Positions 9,224 through 17,465 of a stretch of 64,000 nt of DNA are shown here, in pieces. The position numbers and the translations under genes were made by a program. Origin of the DNA: an uncultured bacterium (GTDB lineage: Bacteria; Actinomycetota; Coriobacteriia; Coriobacteriales; Coriobacteriaceae). The stretch covers positions 405 through 64,404 of the forward strand of contig CAJMNK010000002.1 of the NCBI GenBank assembly GCA_905214905.1, given 5' to 3'. Below the pieces are notes generated by a model, which saw only the letters and a program-made list of their open reading frames with translations, was not told the origin of the DNA and ran no database searches. Each line of letters begins with the position of its first letter. Within the stretch, counting starts at the first letter, position 1.

Positions 9224-11470
9224 ATGTCCGAGACCATTCAGGACCTCTATACCAGCTTCTCCGAGCAGATGGAGCCCATCCAGGAGGACAGCCGCTACTT
9301 CCGCTATCTGTTTGAGATGGCGCAGGCCTCGGGCACCACGATCGAACAGCAGCGCGAGGAGCTCGTCAAGGTGGTGGACGAGGAATGGATCAGCATGATC
9401 GAGGACTCGCTCGACGCCATCAACACCATCATCGAAAAGCCGCGCCGCTTTATCACCACCGAGGAAGAGGTGGTGCCGGTCTCGCTCGCCAAAAAGATCA
9501 GCGCCGACAGCGTTCGCCATCTGAGCCAAAACACGCAGTTTTTGGCGCCGAGCGACGACGGCGGAGTTCACCCCACGCGCATCCTCAATGTCAATACCGT
9601 TGAGACCTACGACCTGTACGAGAACCGCTTTATCTACCACTTGATTCAGCGCCTGCTGACGTTTGTGGACAAGCGCACCGACGTGATCTTTTGGTCGACG
9701 GGCAACGAGATCCGCAACCGCTTTAAGATGCACAGCAAGATCGACGACGCGTACGAAGAGATCGAGTACAACGTCGAGATGACGGTCAAAAACCGCCAGA
9801 GCTTTGCCGAGAACGACGCCGACAACATGGACGTCTTTATGCGCATCGACCGCGTGCGTCGCCTGGTCATGGCGCTGCGCGGCGCGTCGTTCTGCCAGAT
9901 CATGAACGGCTGCAGTGCGGTTCGCAGCCCCATCCAGCGCACCAACCTCATCATGAAGGACCCCAACTACCGCAAGTGCTACCAGCTGTGGCAGTTTATG
10001 GAGCGCTACGACAAGGTGGGCTACAACATCGATGTGCAGCAGCAGGCGCTGGCGTTCGATGACGAGTACATGGTGCAGATGTACACCAACCTCATTAACA
10101 ACTACGCCGTCTTTAAGAGCCTGACCGACGATGAGCGCAACCTGCAGGAGCTCGAGAACGTGCAACACGCACCGGTGGCGCCCAAGTTTATTAAGGAGAT
10201 TAAGGAGGTGCAGGTTGATAGCCCCGACCTGCCCGACGTTGAGGTCCGTCGCGTGTTTGTGGAGGAGGTCACGCAGGCCCAGCTCGATGCCGAGCAGGCG
10301 CTGGCCGAGGCGCGCGAGCAGATCGAGGAGCTGCAGGGCCAGGTGAAATCCTGGAAGGTGCAGGCGCACGCGTTGACCGACGAGCGCGACGACCTGGCCG
10401 ACGAACTGGACGAGGCCAAGACGCGCGAGCTGGCGTTGACGCAGCGCGCTCAGATGGCCGAGGCGGATGCCGAGGAACTGCGCGGCTCGCTGGAGGATGT
10501 CGAGGCGGGCAAGAAAGCTGCCGAGGCCGACGCTGTCGAGGCGCGTGAGACTGCGGCGGCGCAGCTGGCGCAGACGCGTGCCGAGGCAGATGCCGAGGTC
10601 GCGGCCGCTCGTGCCGACGCGGACGCCAAGGTTGCTGCCGCCGAGCAGGCAGCCTCCGAGCAGGTCGCGCAGGTCGAGAGTGACGCCGCTGCGGCCCTGG
10701 CTGCCAAGGTGGCCGCCGATGCCGCTGAGCTGCAGGCCGCCAAGGACGCAGCCGCGGCCGAGCTTGCCGGCGTGCGCGAGACGTGCGCCAAGGAAGTTGC
10801 CGAGCTGCATGCCAAGCTGGACGCCGCTCAGCTGCAGATTGAGGAAGCGCAGCTGACGGCCGAGCGCGATGCTCGCGCCGCGCAGGAGGCGGCCGACGCC
10901 TCGGCAGCCGCAGCGGAGCAGGCGCTCGCCGACACCGTTGCCGCGGCTGAGGCGAAGGTCTCCGCCGCCCAGCAGGCCGCCGATGCCGCAATCGATGCTG
11001 CCCGTGCGGCCGCCGACTCTGCCGTTGAGCAGGCTGCGGTGGATGCCAACGAAAAGGTCGCCGCCGCTGCCGCCGAGCGCGACACCGCCACGCGTGCCGC
11101 CGAGGAGACCCGTGCCGACGCCGATGCACGCATTGCCGCGGCCGAGCTCGAGGCGGGGGAGCGCATCGAGCAGGAGGTCGCCGCCGTCCGTGCCGCTTGC
11201 GAGCGCGAGGTCGAAGCTGCTCGCGCGGAGATGCAGCAGCGCCTGGACGCGCTGGCGCAAGAGCTGGAGCGGGCCGAGCGCAACCGTGAGCGTGCCGAGC
11301 GCCGCGCCGAGGGCAACAGCCTGTCGCGCTATCTGCTGGCCCGCTTGCGCGGCGAGGCTGGCGAGGGCGTGGCCACCGCGCCTGACGAGGATGGCGCTTC
11401 TGCGGCGGATGCCACCGAGGCCGAGGTCGCTGCCGACCCCGAGACTTCCGCAAAGGACGACGACAAGTGA
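9224..11470 (+). CDS. DUF2357/McrC N-terminal-like domain fused to a long Ala/Glu coiled coil
   Basis: ETYDLYENRFI and TNLIMKDPNYRKCYQLW resemble the DUF2357/McrC-N motifs, and the gene directly follows the McrB-like gene. About 400 C-terminal residues are A/E/Q-rich coiled coil with no recognisable PD-(D/E)xK nuclease. Confidence 0.75.
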   Translation: MSETIQDLYTSFSEQMEPIQEDSRYFRYLFEMAQASGTTIEQQREELVKVVDEEWISMIEDSLDAINTIIEKPRRFITTEEEVVPVSLAKKISADSVRHLSQNTQFLAPSDDGGVHPTRILNVNTVETYDLYENRFIYHLIQRLLTFVDKRTDVIFWSTGNEIRNRFKMHSKIDDAYEEIEYNVEMTVKNRQSFAENDADNMDVFMRIDRVRRLVMALRGASFCQIMNGCSAVRSPIQRTNLIMKDPNYRKCYQLWQFMERYDKVGYNIDVQQQALAFDDEYMVQMYTNLINNYAVFKSLTDDERNLQELENVQHAPVAPKFIKEIKEVQVDSPDLPDVEVRRVFVEEVTQAQLDAEQALAEAREQIEELQGQVKSWKVQAHALTDERDDLADELDEAKTRELALTQRAQMAEADAEELRGSLEDVEAGKKAAEADAVEARETAAAQLAQTRAEADAEVAAARADADAKVAAAEQAASEQVAQVESDAAAALAAKVAADAAELQAAKDAAAAELAGVRETCAKEVAELHAKLDAAQLQIEEAQLTAERDARAAQEAADASAAAAEQALADTVAAAEAKVSAAQQAADAAIDAARAAADSAVEQAAVDANEKVAAAAAERDTATRAAEETRADADARIAAAELEAGERIEQEVAAVRAACEREVEAARAEMQQRLDALAQELERAERNRERAERRAEGNSLSRYLLARLRGEAGEGVATAPDEDGASAADATEAEVAADPETSAKDDDK

Positions 11471-12174
11471 TGAAGCACGTGCTCCGCGTGATCAACGTGT
11501 TAGCGACCGTGGTGATCCTCGTCGCCTTTGTGGTGCTGCTGCGCACGGTGTTCACGCCCGCCGGCGAGATCCCCACCATCATGGGCTACGGCTTTATGCG
11601 TACGCTGACCGGCTCGATGGAGCCGGCGATTCCCGTGCACTCGTTTATCGTCGTCGATACCGACAACAGCCAGGCCTACCAGGTGGGCGATATCATCACC
11701 TTCCATTCGTCCGATGACGTGCTGGAGGGTTCGCTCAACACGCACCGCATCGTATCCGTGGAGGCCGCGTCCGACGGTTCGCCGGTCTACCACACCAAGG
11801 GTGACGCCAATCCGGTCGAGGACGCCGCACCCGTGCCCGCCGCCGATGTTGTGGGCCGCGTGGTCTTTGTCTCGGCAGGCCTGGGCGTTGTGGTGTCGCT
11901 GCTCACCAATCCGCTGCTGTTCTTTCCGCTTATCGTGGTGCCGCTGATCGTGCTGCTGCTGCTCGAGATTCGCCATATGGTCAAGACAACGCAAGAGGTG
12001 GCACGCGCCGAGGACGAGGCCGCCCTGCGCGCAGCCGTGGAGCAGATTCGCGAAAAACGTCGCCGCGAGCAGGAAGGCCGGGACAGTGTCAAGGACCCAG
12101 GCGATGACGATCGTGCCCAGGGGCGTGCGGAAGCCGACCCCGACGCCCTCGACGATTCCAACCACTCGGCATAG
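11467..12174 (+). CDS. sipW: Signal peptidase I, SipW/ER-type (S26B), copy 2
   Basis: TGSMEP, GDIITF, NTHRI, TKGDAN; N- and C-terminal TMs; start overlaps the upstream stop (GTGATG). Confidence 0.9.
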   Translation: MMKHVLRVINVLATVVILVAFVVLLRTVFTPAGEIPTIMGYGFMRTLTGSMEPAIPVHSFIVVDTDNSQAYQVGDIITFHSSDDVLEGSLNTHRIVSVEAASDGSPVYHTKGDANPVEDAAPVPAADVVGRVVFVSAGLGVVVSLLTNPLLFFPLIVVPLIVLLLLEIRHMVKTTQEVARAEDEAALRAAVEQIREKRRREQEGRDSVKDPGDDDRAQGRAEADPDALDDSNHSA

Positions 12175-12299
12175 CTCATCCGCACCTTTCGTCCCTACAA
12201 TAGGGACGCTCGTAGATGTTCCGATTCGCCCGCTTTTCCATACCAATATTCGTGCTACAGTTTGAGCGCTTTGTTGCCAATTGATTTCGGGGGAGTGGG

Positions 12300-13322
12300 A
12301 TGGAACAGGAGCGCTCGGCGCAGCGTGCACGTGAAAGGGCTTCGGTACCGATGACGGCGGCGTCCGATTTTATCGTGCCCGAGGGCACCGACGAGCTCAG
12401 CCGTAGCACCCGCCGCGCCTGGCGCGAGCGCCTTAACGATGCGTCGTCGCGCAAGATGATCACGGGCGTCTTGGCTACGCTGGTGGGCGGTTCGTTTTGG
12501 GGCTTCTCGGGCACCAGCGCGAGCTTTCTGTTCGATACCTTCCACGTCGACACCTTGTGGCTTATGAGCGTGCGTCAGATTCTCGCCGGTCTACTCTTTA
12601 TGGCCGTGGTTGTAACGCGCGACCGCGAGCGCCTGATTAAGCTCTGGACCACACCCGCCGACCGCAAACAGCTGCTGCTCTTTACCGCCTTTGGCCTGCT
12701 GTTCAACCAGTTTTGCTATCTTTCGGCCGTGCGCCTGACGAACGCCGGGACCGCGACGGTGCTCCAGTGCCTGCAGCTCGTTATCATCATGGGCTACACC
12801 TGCGTGATCGATCGCCGCATGCCGCGTACTCGCGAAGTCATCGGCATTGGCCTGGCTCTGGGTGGAACCTTTTTAATCGCCACCGGCGGCGACCCCACCA
12901 GCCTGAATATCTCGCCGCTTGGCCTGGCAGCAGGTCTTATGTGTGCGGTCAGCGCCGCGTGTATGGCGGTGATTCCCGCCAAGATTCTGCCCGAATACGG
13001 CAGCCCCATCGTCACGGGCTCGGCAATGCTCACGGCGGGCGTGGTCTCGTGCGTCTTCGTGCAGCCTTGGGCGCATATGCCGGCGCTCGATGCCGCCGGT
13101 ATCGAGGCACTCGCGGTGTTCGTGGTTATCGGCTCGTTTTTTGCTTACATGCTCTATATGCAGGGCGTTAAGGACATCGGCTCGGTGCGTGCGAGCCTCA
13201 TCGGAACTGTGGAGCCGGTTTCGGCGACCATCACCAGCGCCGTGATGCTGGGCACAGTGTTTTTGCCGACCGACCTTATCGGCTTTGCCATGATCATCGT
13301 GATGATGTTTCTCACGGTGTAG
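12300..13322 (+). CDS. DMT/EamA family transporter
   Basis: About 10 hydrophobic helices; GGSFWG.SG, NAGTATVLQ and ASLIGTVEPV motifs. The start could be 12351. Confidence 0.9.
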   Translation: MEQERSAQRARERASVPMTAASDFIVPEGTDELSRSTRRAWRERLNDASSRKMITGVLATLVGGSFWGFSGTSASFLFDTFHVDTLWLMSVRQILAGLLFMAVVVTRDRERLIKLWTTPADRKQLLLFTAFGLLFNQFCYLSAVRLTNAGTATVLQCLQLVIIMGYTCVIDRRMPRTREVIGIGLALGGTFLIATGGDPTSLNISPLGLAAGLMCAVSAACMAVIPAKILPEYGSPIVTGSAMLTAGVVSCVFVQPWAHMPALDAAGIEALAVFVVIGSFFAYMLYMQGVKDIGSVRASLIGTVEPVSATITSAVMLGTVFLPTDLIGFAMIIVMMFLTV

Positions 13323-13471
13323 CTGGTGCCGCCGCCAAGACAGAAAAGGTGTTGTGCCGCATTTTCGCCAATTGATGTCCGTGTCTGGAGTTTAGCTGTC
13401 GATGCTCAAAATGCCATAAACTAGTAACGTTATGGACTTTTTCATTGCGACTCAATTGCGAGGATTTCTTT

Positions 13472-15784
13472 ATGGCTGGTAATCACTTTAAGGGCAGCGA
13501 TAGCGGCCGCCCTGCAGTTCCGCCGCGTCCGAACGGGGCTGGTAAGGCCGGCACGCCGGGCGGCGCTGGACAGGGCGGTCCCGGTAAGCGCGTGTCCCCG
13601 GGCGAGACGGCGATGTTTACCGCTCTGTACGAGCAGTCTCAAAAGGCAAAAAAGACCGGCCGTGCAAGAGGGAATGTCTTTGCGGGCGGTGCAACCTCCA
13701 CGTCGCAGCCGAGCGGGGCTCCTTCGGTACCTGCGAACAACGCAGGTGCTGCCAACGTCGCGAATACCGCCGGCAACGTTAATGCCGGCAAGGCCGCCAA
13801 CAATACTCCCTCTGCCGGTGGCGCGGGGCTTACGGGTAACCTTGGCACGATTTACACCGGCGCCTCCGAGACTGGCACGTTCGCCCGCCTGGATGATAGC
13901 GGTGCCGAGTTTGCGGGCTCGGGTTCCAAGGAAGATTATTACGATTTTGGCTTGAACTACGGTAGCGACGCTTCGTCGAGTTCGACCTCTGACGGTCTGG
14001 TCCGTCATCGCCATCGCAAGGGCGAGCGCAAAAAGCGTCACACCGGCGCCATTGTTGCCGCTGTGGTCGCGGTGCTTCTCGTTGCGCTTGGCGCAGGCGG
14101 CTTTATGCTGCTTAACTCGGCAAAGACCGTAAAGAGCGAAGCGAAGGAGGCTGTCGAGATCGTCGGTGGCCTTAAGGACAAGGTCACGTCGGGCGATTTT
14201 TCGACGCTGCCTGACGACGCGAAGAAGATCGATGAGCTCTGCGACAGCATGAAGGCGGAGACTTCGAGCCCGCTGTGGACGGCGGCTTCGTTTATCCCGG
14301 TGTATGGCAGCGATATCAATGCGGCCCGCACCATGATTGATGCCCTGTCCGATGTCTCGAGCAACGCGCTGGTTCCCATGGCCGACAACCTTTCGCAGGC
14401 CACGCCCGGCAAGTTGTTTCAGGACGGCATGATTAACGTGTCCGCGCTGCAGGCCGTTGCCGATTCGCTTTCCGATAGCTCCAAGGTGTTCAAGAGCGCC
14501 AACGAGAAGGTCCAGGGCATTGGCGATACTCATATTTCTCAGGTGACCGAGCTGGTCGATAAGGCCAAGGACGGCTTTGCCACCCTCAATGGCGCGGTTG
14601 ACGCGGCGGAGAAGGTTGCCCCCGTCCTTCCCCAGATGCTCGGCGCCAACGGCCAGACGCGCAACTACCTTGTGTACGCCATGAACAACGTCGAGATTCG
14701 TGCTTGCGGCGGCTTTGGCGGTTCGCAGGGCCTGATTTCGGTCACTGACGGCCAGATGTCGATTGGCGAGTTTGTTCCCCGCATTGGACTCAGCGAGGAT
14801 GAGGCAGTCGAGAGCGTCGACGAAGAGGATGAGGCGCTGTTCGGCAACCACAGTAACCTGTACAACTCGGGCAATACCTATTCGCCTGATTGGCCCCGCA
14901 ACTCGCAGCGTGTCGCCGCGCTGTGGAAGTCCCAGTATGGACAGGACGTTGATGGCGTCATCGGTATCGACCCGGTGTTCCTGCAGTATCTGCTGGGCCT
15001 GGTCGGTAACGTGTCACTGCCCGATGGTACGGTCGTCGACGGTACCAACGCGGCGAAGGTTCTCATGCACGATGTGTATTGGAACTATCCGGTCGAGGAG
15101 TCGGACGGCATCTTTGCGGCTGTTGCCAGCGCTGCCTTCGACAAGATTCTTGGCGGTATCGGCGATGTCGATGTTACGAAGCTTGTCAGCGCCGTTGAGC
15201 GCGGTGCCGAAGAGGGCCGTCTGATTGCTTGGATGAGAAACGATGATGAGCAGAATGCCATCAAAGAGACGGGCATTGACGCTTCGCTGCCCGATCCGGA
15301 TGATCCGAGTGCCGATCCCGTTGCCGGCGTTTACTTTAACAACCTGAGCTTCTCCAAGCTCGACTGGTACCTGAACGCCGACACACAGATTGGCCAGGGC
15401 GTGAAGAACGGCGACGGCACGTGCTCCTATCGCATCACCGTTACCCTGACGAACATCATGACGCAGGAGGAGGCCGGCAAGCTGCCCGACTACGTCGCGG
15501 CGAGCGCGCCCGATGCCGCGCGCGACGACGAGCGTCTGAATGTCTCACTGTTTGCCCCGACGGGCGGCAACATCAGTGACCTTACGGTTGAGGGCACCCA
15601 GTTTGGTCTTGGCGCCGCTACGTGGCATGGAATCCCCTTCTATTCGGGCACCGTTGACCTGCATGCTGGCGAGACGACGACGATCACGTATACGCTGACC
15701 ACGTCGGCCGAGGCGGGGGACAAGCCGCTTACGCTGCGTCAGACTCCTACATGCCAGGCGGCTCGCGACGGCGCGTCGGCGTAG
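13472..15784 (+). CDS. DUF4012 domain membrane-anchored protein
   Basis: Gly/Ala-rich N-terminus and a single TM; NNVEIRACGGFGG, SPDWP, VDGVIGIDP and SKLDWY motifs typical of DUF4012. Confidence 0.8.
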   Translation: MAGNHFKGSDSGRPAVPPRPNGAGKAGTPGGAGQGGPGKRVSPGETAMFTALYEQSQKAKKTGRARGNVFAGGATSTSQPSGAPSVPANNAGAANVANTAGNVNAGKAANNTPSAGGAGLTGNLGTIYTGASETGTFARLDDSGAEFAGSGSKEDYYDFGLNYGSDASSSSTSDGLVRHRHRKGERKKRHTGAIVAAVVAVLLVALGAGGFMLLNSAKTVKSEAKEAVEIVGGLKDKVTSGDFSTLPDDAKKIDELCDSMKAETSSPLWTAASFIPVYGSDINAARTMIDALSDVSSNALVPMADNLSQATPGKLFQDGMINVSALQAVADSLSDSSKVFKSANEKVQGIGDTHISQVTELVDKAKDGFATLNGAVDAAEKVAPVLPQMLGANGQTRNYLVYAMNNVEIRACGGFGGSQGLISVTDGQMSIGEFVPRIGLSEDEAVESVDEEDEALFGNHSNLYNSGNTYSPDWPRNSQRVAALWKSQYGQDVDGVIGIDPVFLQYLLGLVGNVSLPDGTVVDGTNAAKVLMHDVYWNYPVEESDGIFAAVASAAFDKILGGIGDVDVTKLVSAVERGAEEGRLIAWMRNDDEQNAIKETGIDASLPDPDDPSADPVAGVYFNNLSFSKLDWYLNADTQIGQGVKNGDGTCSYRITVTLTNIMTQEEAGKLPDYVAASAPDAARDDERLNVSLFAPTGGNISDLTVEGTQFGLGAATWHGIPFYSGTVDLHAGETTTITYTLTTSAEAGDKPLTLRQTPTCQAARDGASA

Positions 15785-15867
15785 GGTTTTTCTGGTAGCG
15801 CAGATAATCGAGTACCATTTTGGGGCGGACAGGCAATCTGTTCGCCCCTATTTTGTAAGGAGAGCGC

Positions 15868-17199
15868 ATGAAGTACTTTGGCACCGACGGCTTTCGCGGT
15901 GAGGCCAACGTTGGGCTGACGGTAGAGCACGCTTATAAGATTGGCCGTTTTGTGGGCTGGTATTACGGCGCCAACCGCGAGCGCAAGGCGCGCGTGATCG
16001 TGGGCAAGGACACCCGTCGCTCGAGCTATATGTTCGAGGCGGCGCTGGTGAGCGGCCTGGTCGCGAGCGGTGTGGACGCCTATATGCTGCACGTGATCCC
16101 CACGCCGGGCGTGGCGCATCAGACCGTGGAGGGCTGCTTCGATTGCGGCATCATGATCAGTGCGAGCCACAACCCGTTTTGCGATAACGGCATTAAGCTC
16201 GTCAACAGCGACGGCTTTAAGATGGACGAGGACGTACTGGAGCTCATCGAGGACTACATCGATGGCAAGAGCGAGGTACCGCTGGCAACGGGCAACCACA
16301 TTGGCGCCACGGTGGACTACATGCAGGGTCGCAACCGCTATATTGCCTCGCTCATCGCCAGCGCGAACTTTTCGCTGCAGGGCGTCAAGATCGGTATTGA
16401 CTGCGCCAACGGCTCGGCTTCCTCGGTGGCCAAGCCGGTGTTCGACGCACTGGGTGCCGACGTGCGCGTGATCAACGCCGCGCCCGATGGCTTTAACATC
16501 AACGTCGACTGCGGCTCCACGCATATGGAGCGCCTGCAGCGCCACGTGGTGGAGCAGGGGCTGGACGTGGGCTTTGCCTACGACGGCGATGCCGACCGCT
16601 GCCTGGCCGTGGATGAGCGCGGTCGCGTGGTAGACGGCGACCAGATCCTGTACGTGTGCGGCGTGTATCTGAACAAGCACGGGCGACTCTCGGGCGGTAC
16701 CGTGGTGCCGACGATTGCCAGCAACTTTGGCCTGGTCAAGTCGCTGGAGCTTGCCGGTCTGAGCGCCGTGACCAGCGGCGTGGGCGACCGTCACGTGTAT
16801 GCCAAGATGCGCGAGGGCGGCTACAGCCTGGGTGGCGAGCAGACGGGCCATACGATCTTTGGCGATATCGAGCGCACGGGCGACGGCATTATGACCTCGC
16901 TGCGCGTGATGGAAGCGATTCGTGCCGAGCGCGAGACGCTCTCGCAGCTCACGGCTCCGTGCAAGCTGCTGCCGCAGGCGCAGGTGGCCGTGCACGTGGC
17001 GGACAAGGACGCCGCGCTCGAGAACATGGGCGTGCAGAATGCCATCGCCGAGGCCGAGGCCGCGCTGGCAGGCGAGGGCCGCGTACTGGTGCGCAAGAGC
17101 GGAACCGAGTCGGTGATCCGCGTTTTGGCCGAAGCCCCCGACCAAGCCGCCGCCGACGCCGCCATGAAGCGCATCGCCAACGCGCTCGAGGCTCTGTAG
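15868..17199 (+). CDS. glmM: Phosphoglucosamine mutase
   Basis: KYFGTDG.RG, GKDTRRS, ISASHNP, DGDADR, GGEQTGH. Confidence 0.93.
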   Translation: MKYFGTDGFRGEANVGLTVEHAYKIGRFVGWYYGANRERKARVIVGKDTRRSSYMFEAALVSGLVASGVDAYMLHVIPTPGVAHQTVEGCFDCGIMISASHNPFCDNGIKLVNSDGFKMDEDVLELIEDYIDGKSEVPLATGNHIGATVDYMQGRNRYIASLIASANFSLQGVKIGIDCANGSASSVAKPVFDALGADVRVINAAPDGFNINVDCGSTHMERLQRHVVEQGLDVGFAYDGDADRCLAVDERGRVVDGDQILYVCGVYLNKHGRLSGGTVVPTIASNFGLVKSLELAGLSAVTSGVGDRHVYAKMREGGYSLGGEQTGHTIFGDIERTGDGIMTSLRVMEAIRAERETLSQLTAPCKLLPQAQVAVHVADKDAALENMGVQNAIAEAEAALAGEGRVLVRKSGTESVIRVLAEAPDQAAADAAMKRIANALEAL

Positions 17200-17239
17200 T
17201 TACGCGGTTTTACCAAACCGCGTAACTGCTCGACGCTGC

Positions 17240-17337
17240 AAACGACCCCAAGCGGCAATCTGACGTTCAATTTCAAGGGCGCGACCAGAAGGTCAGCGCC
17301 CTTTCATTTCACGTCACCTTGCTCGCTTGGGGTCGTT
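17240..17337. repeat. Long imperfect palindromic intergenic element (REP/MITE-like)
   Basis: AAACGACCCCAAGCG...CGCTTGGGGTCGTTT outer stem with nested stems TGACG/CGTCA and AAGGGCGC/GCGCCCTT. Confidence 0.65.
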
Positions 17338-17401
17338 TTCGCTGACGTTGCCAAGACACTAGCGTCAACGAACTAGTCATTGGGTACCTAGTTATTGGGT
17401 G

Positions 17402-17443
17402 AAAAAAGGGGACGCTGCGGATTGGTTCCGCGGCGTCCCCTTT
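17402..17443 (-). terminator. Rho-independent terminator of the carboxypeptidase (possibly bidirectional)
   Basis: AAAGGGGACGCTGCGGA-loop-TCCGCGGCGTCCCCTTT with an A-run on the + side. Confidence 0.75.
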
Positions 17444-17465
17444 GCGTTGGCGTGTCGGTTATGCC

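Noticed and set aside
10450..11300. Repetitive GCC/GAG-rich DNA as a CRISPR array or tandem DNA repeat
   Set aside because: The periodicity is at protein level (Ala/Glu hendecads); there are no identical repeats with unique spacers and no cas genes.
7460..11470. Calling the pair a conventional McrBC restriction system
   Set aside because: No DNA-recognition domain on the McrB-like protein and no visible nuclease on the partner.
7340..11582. Long minus-strand ORFs (486, 816, 437 aa) over the NTPase and DUF2357 genes
   Set aside because: High-GC shadow frames with no motifs; the + strand genes form a coupled operon.
17240..17337. 6S or SRP RNA
   Set aside because: No SRP loop motif, too short for 6S, and it shares its architecture with another intergenic palindrome.
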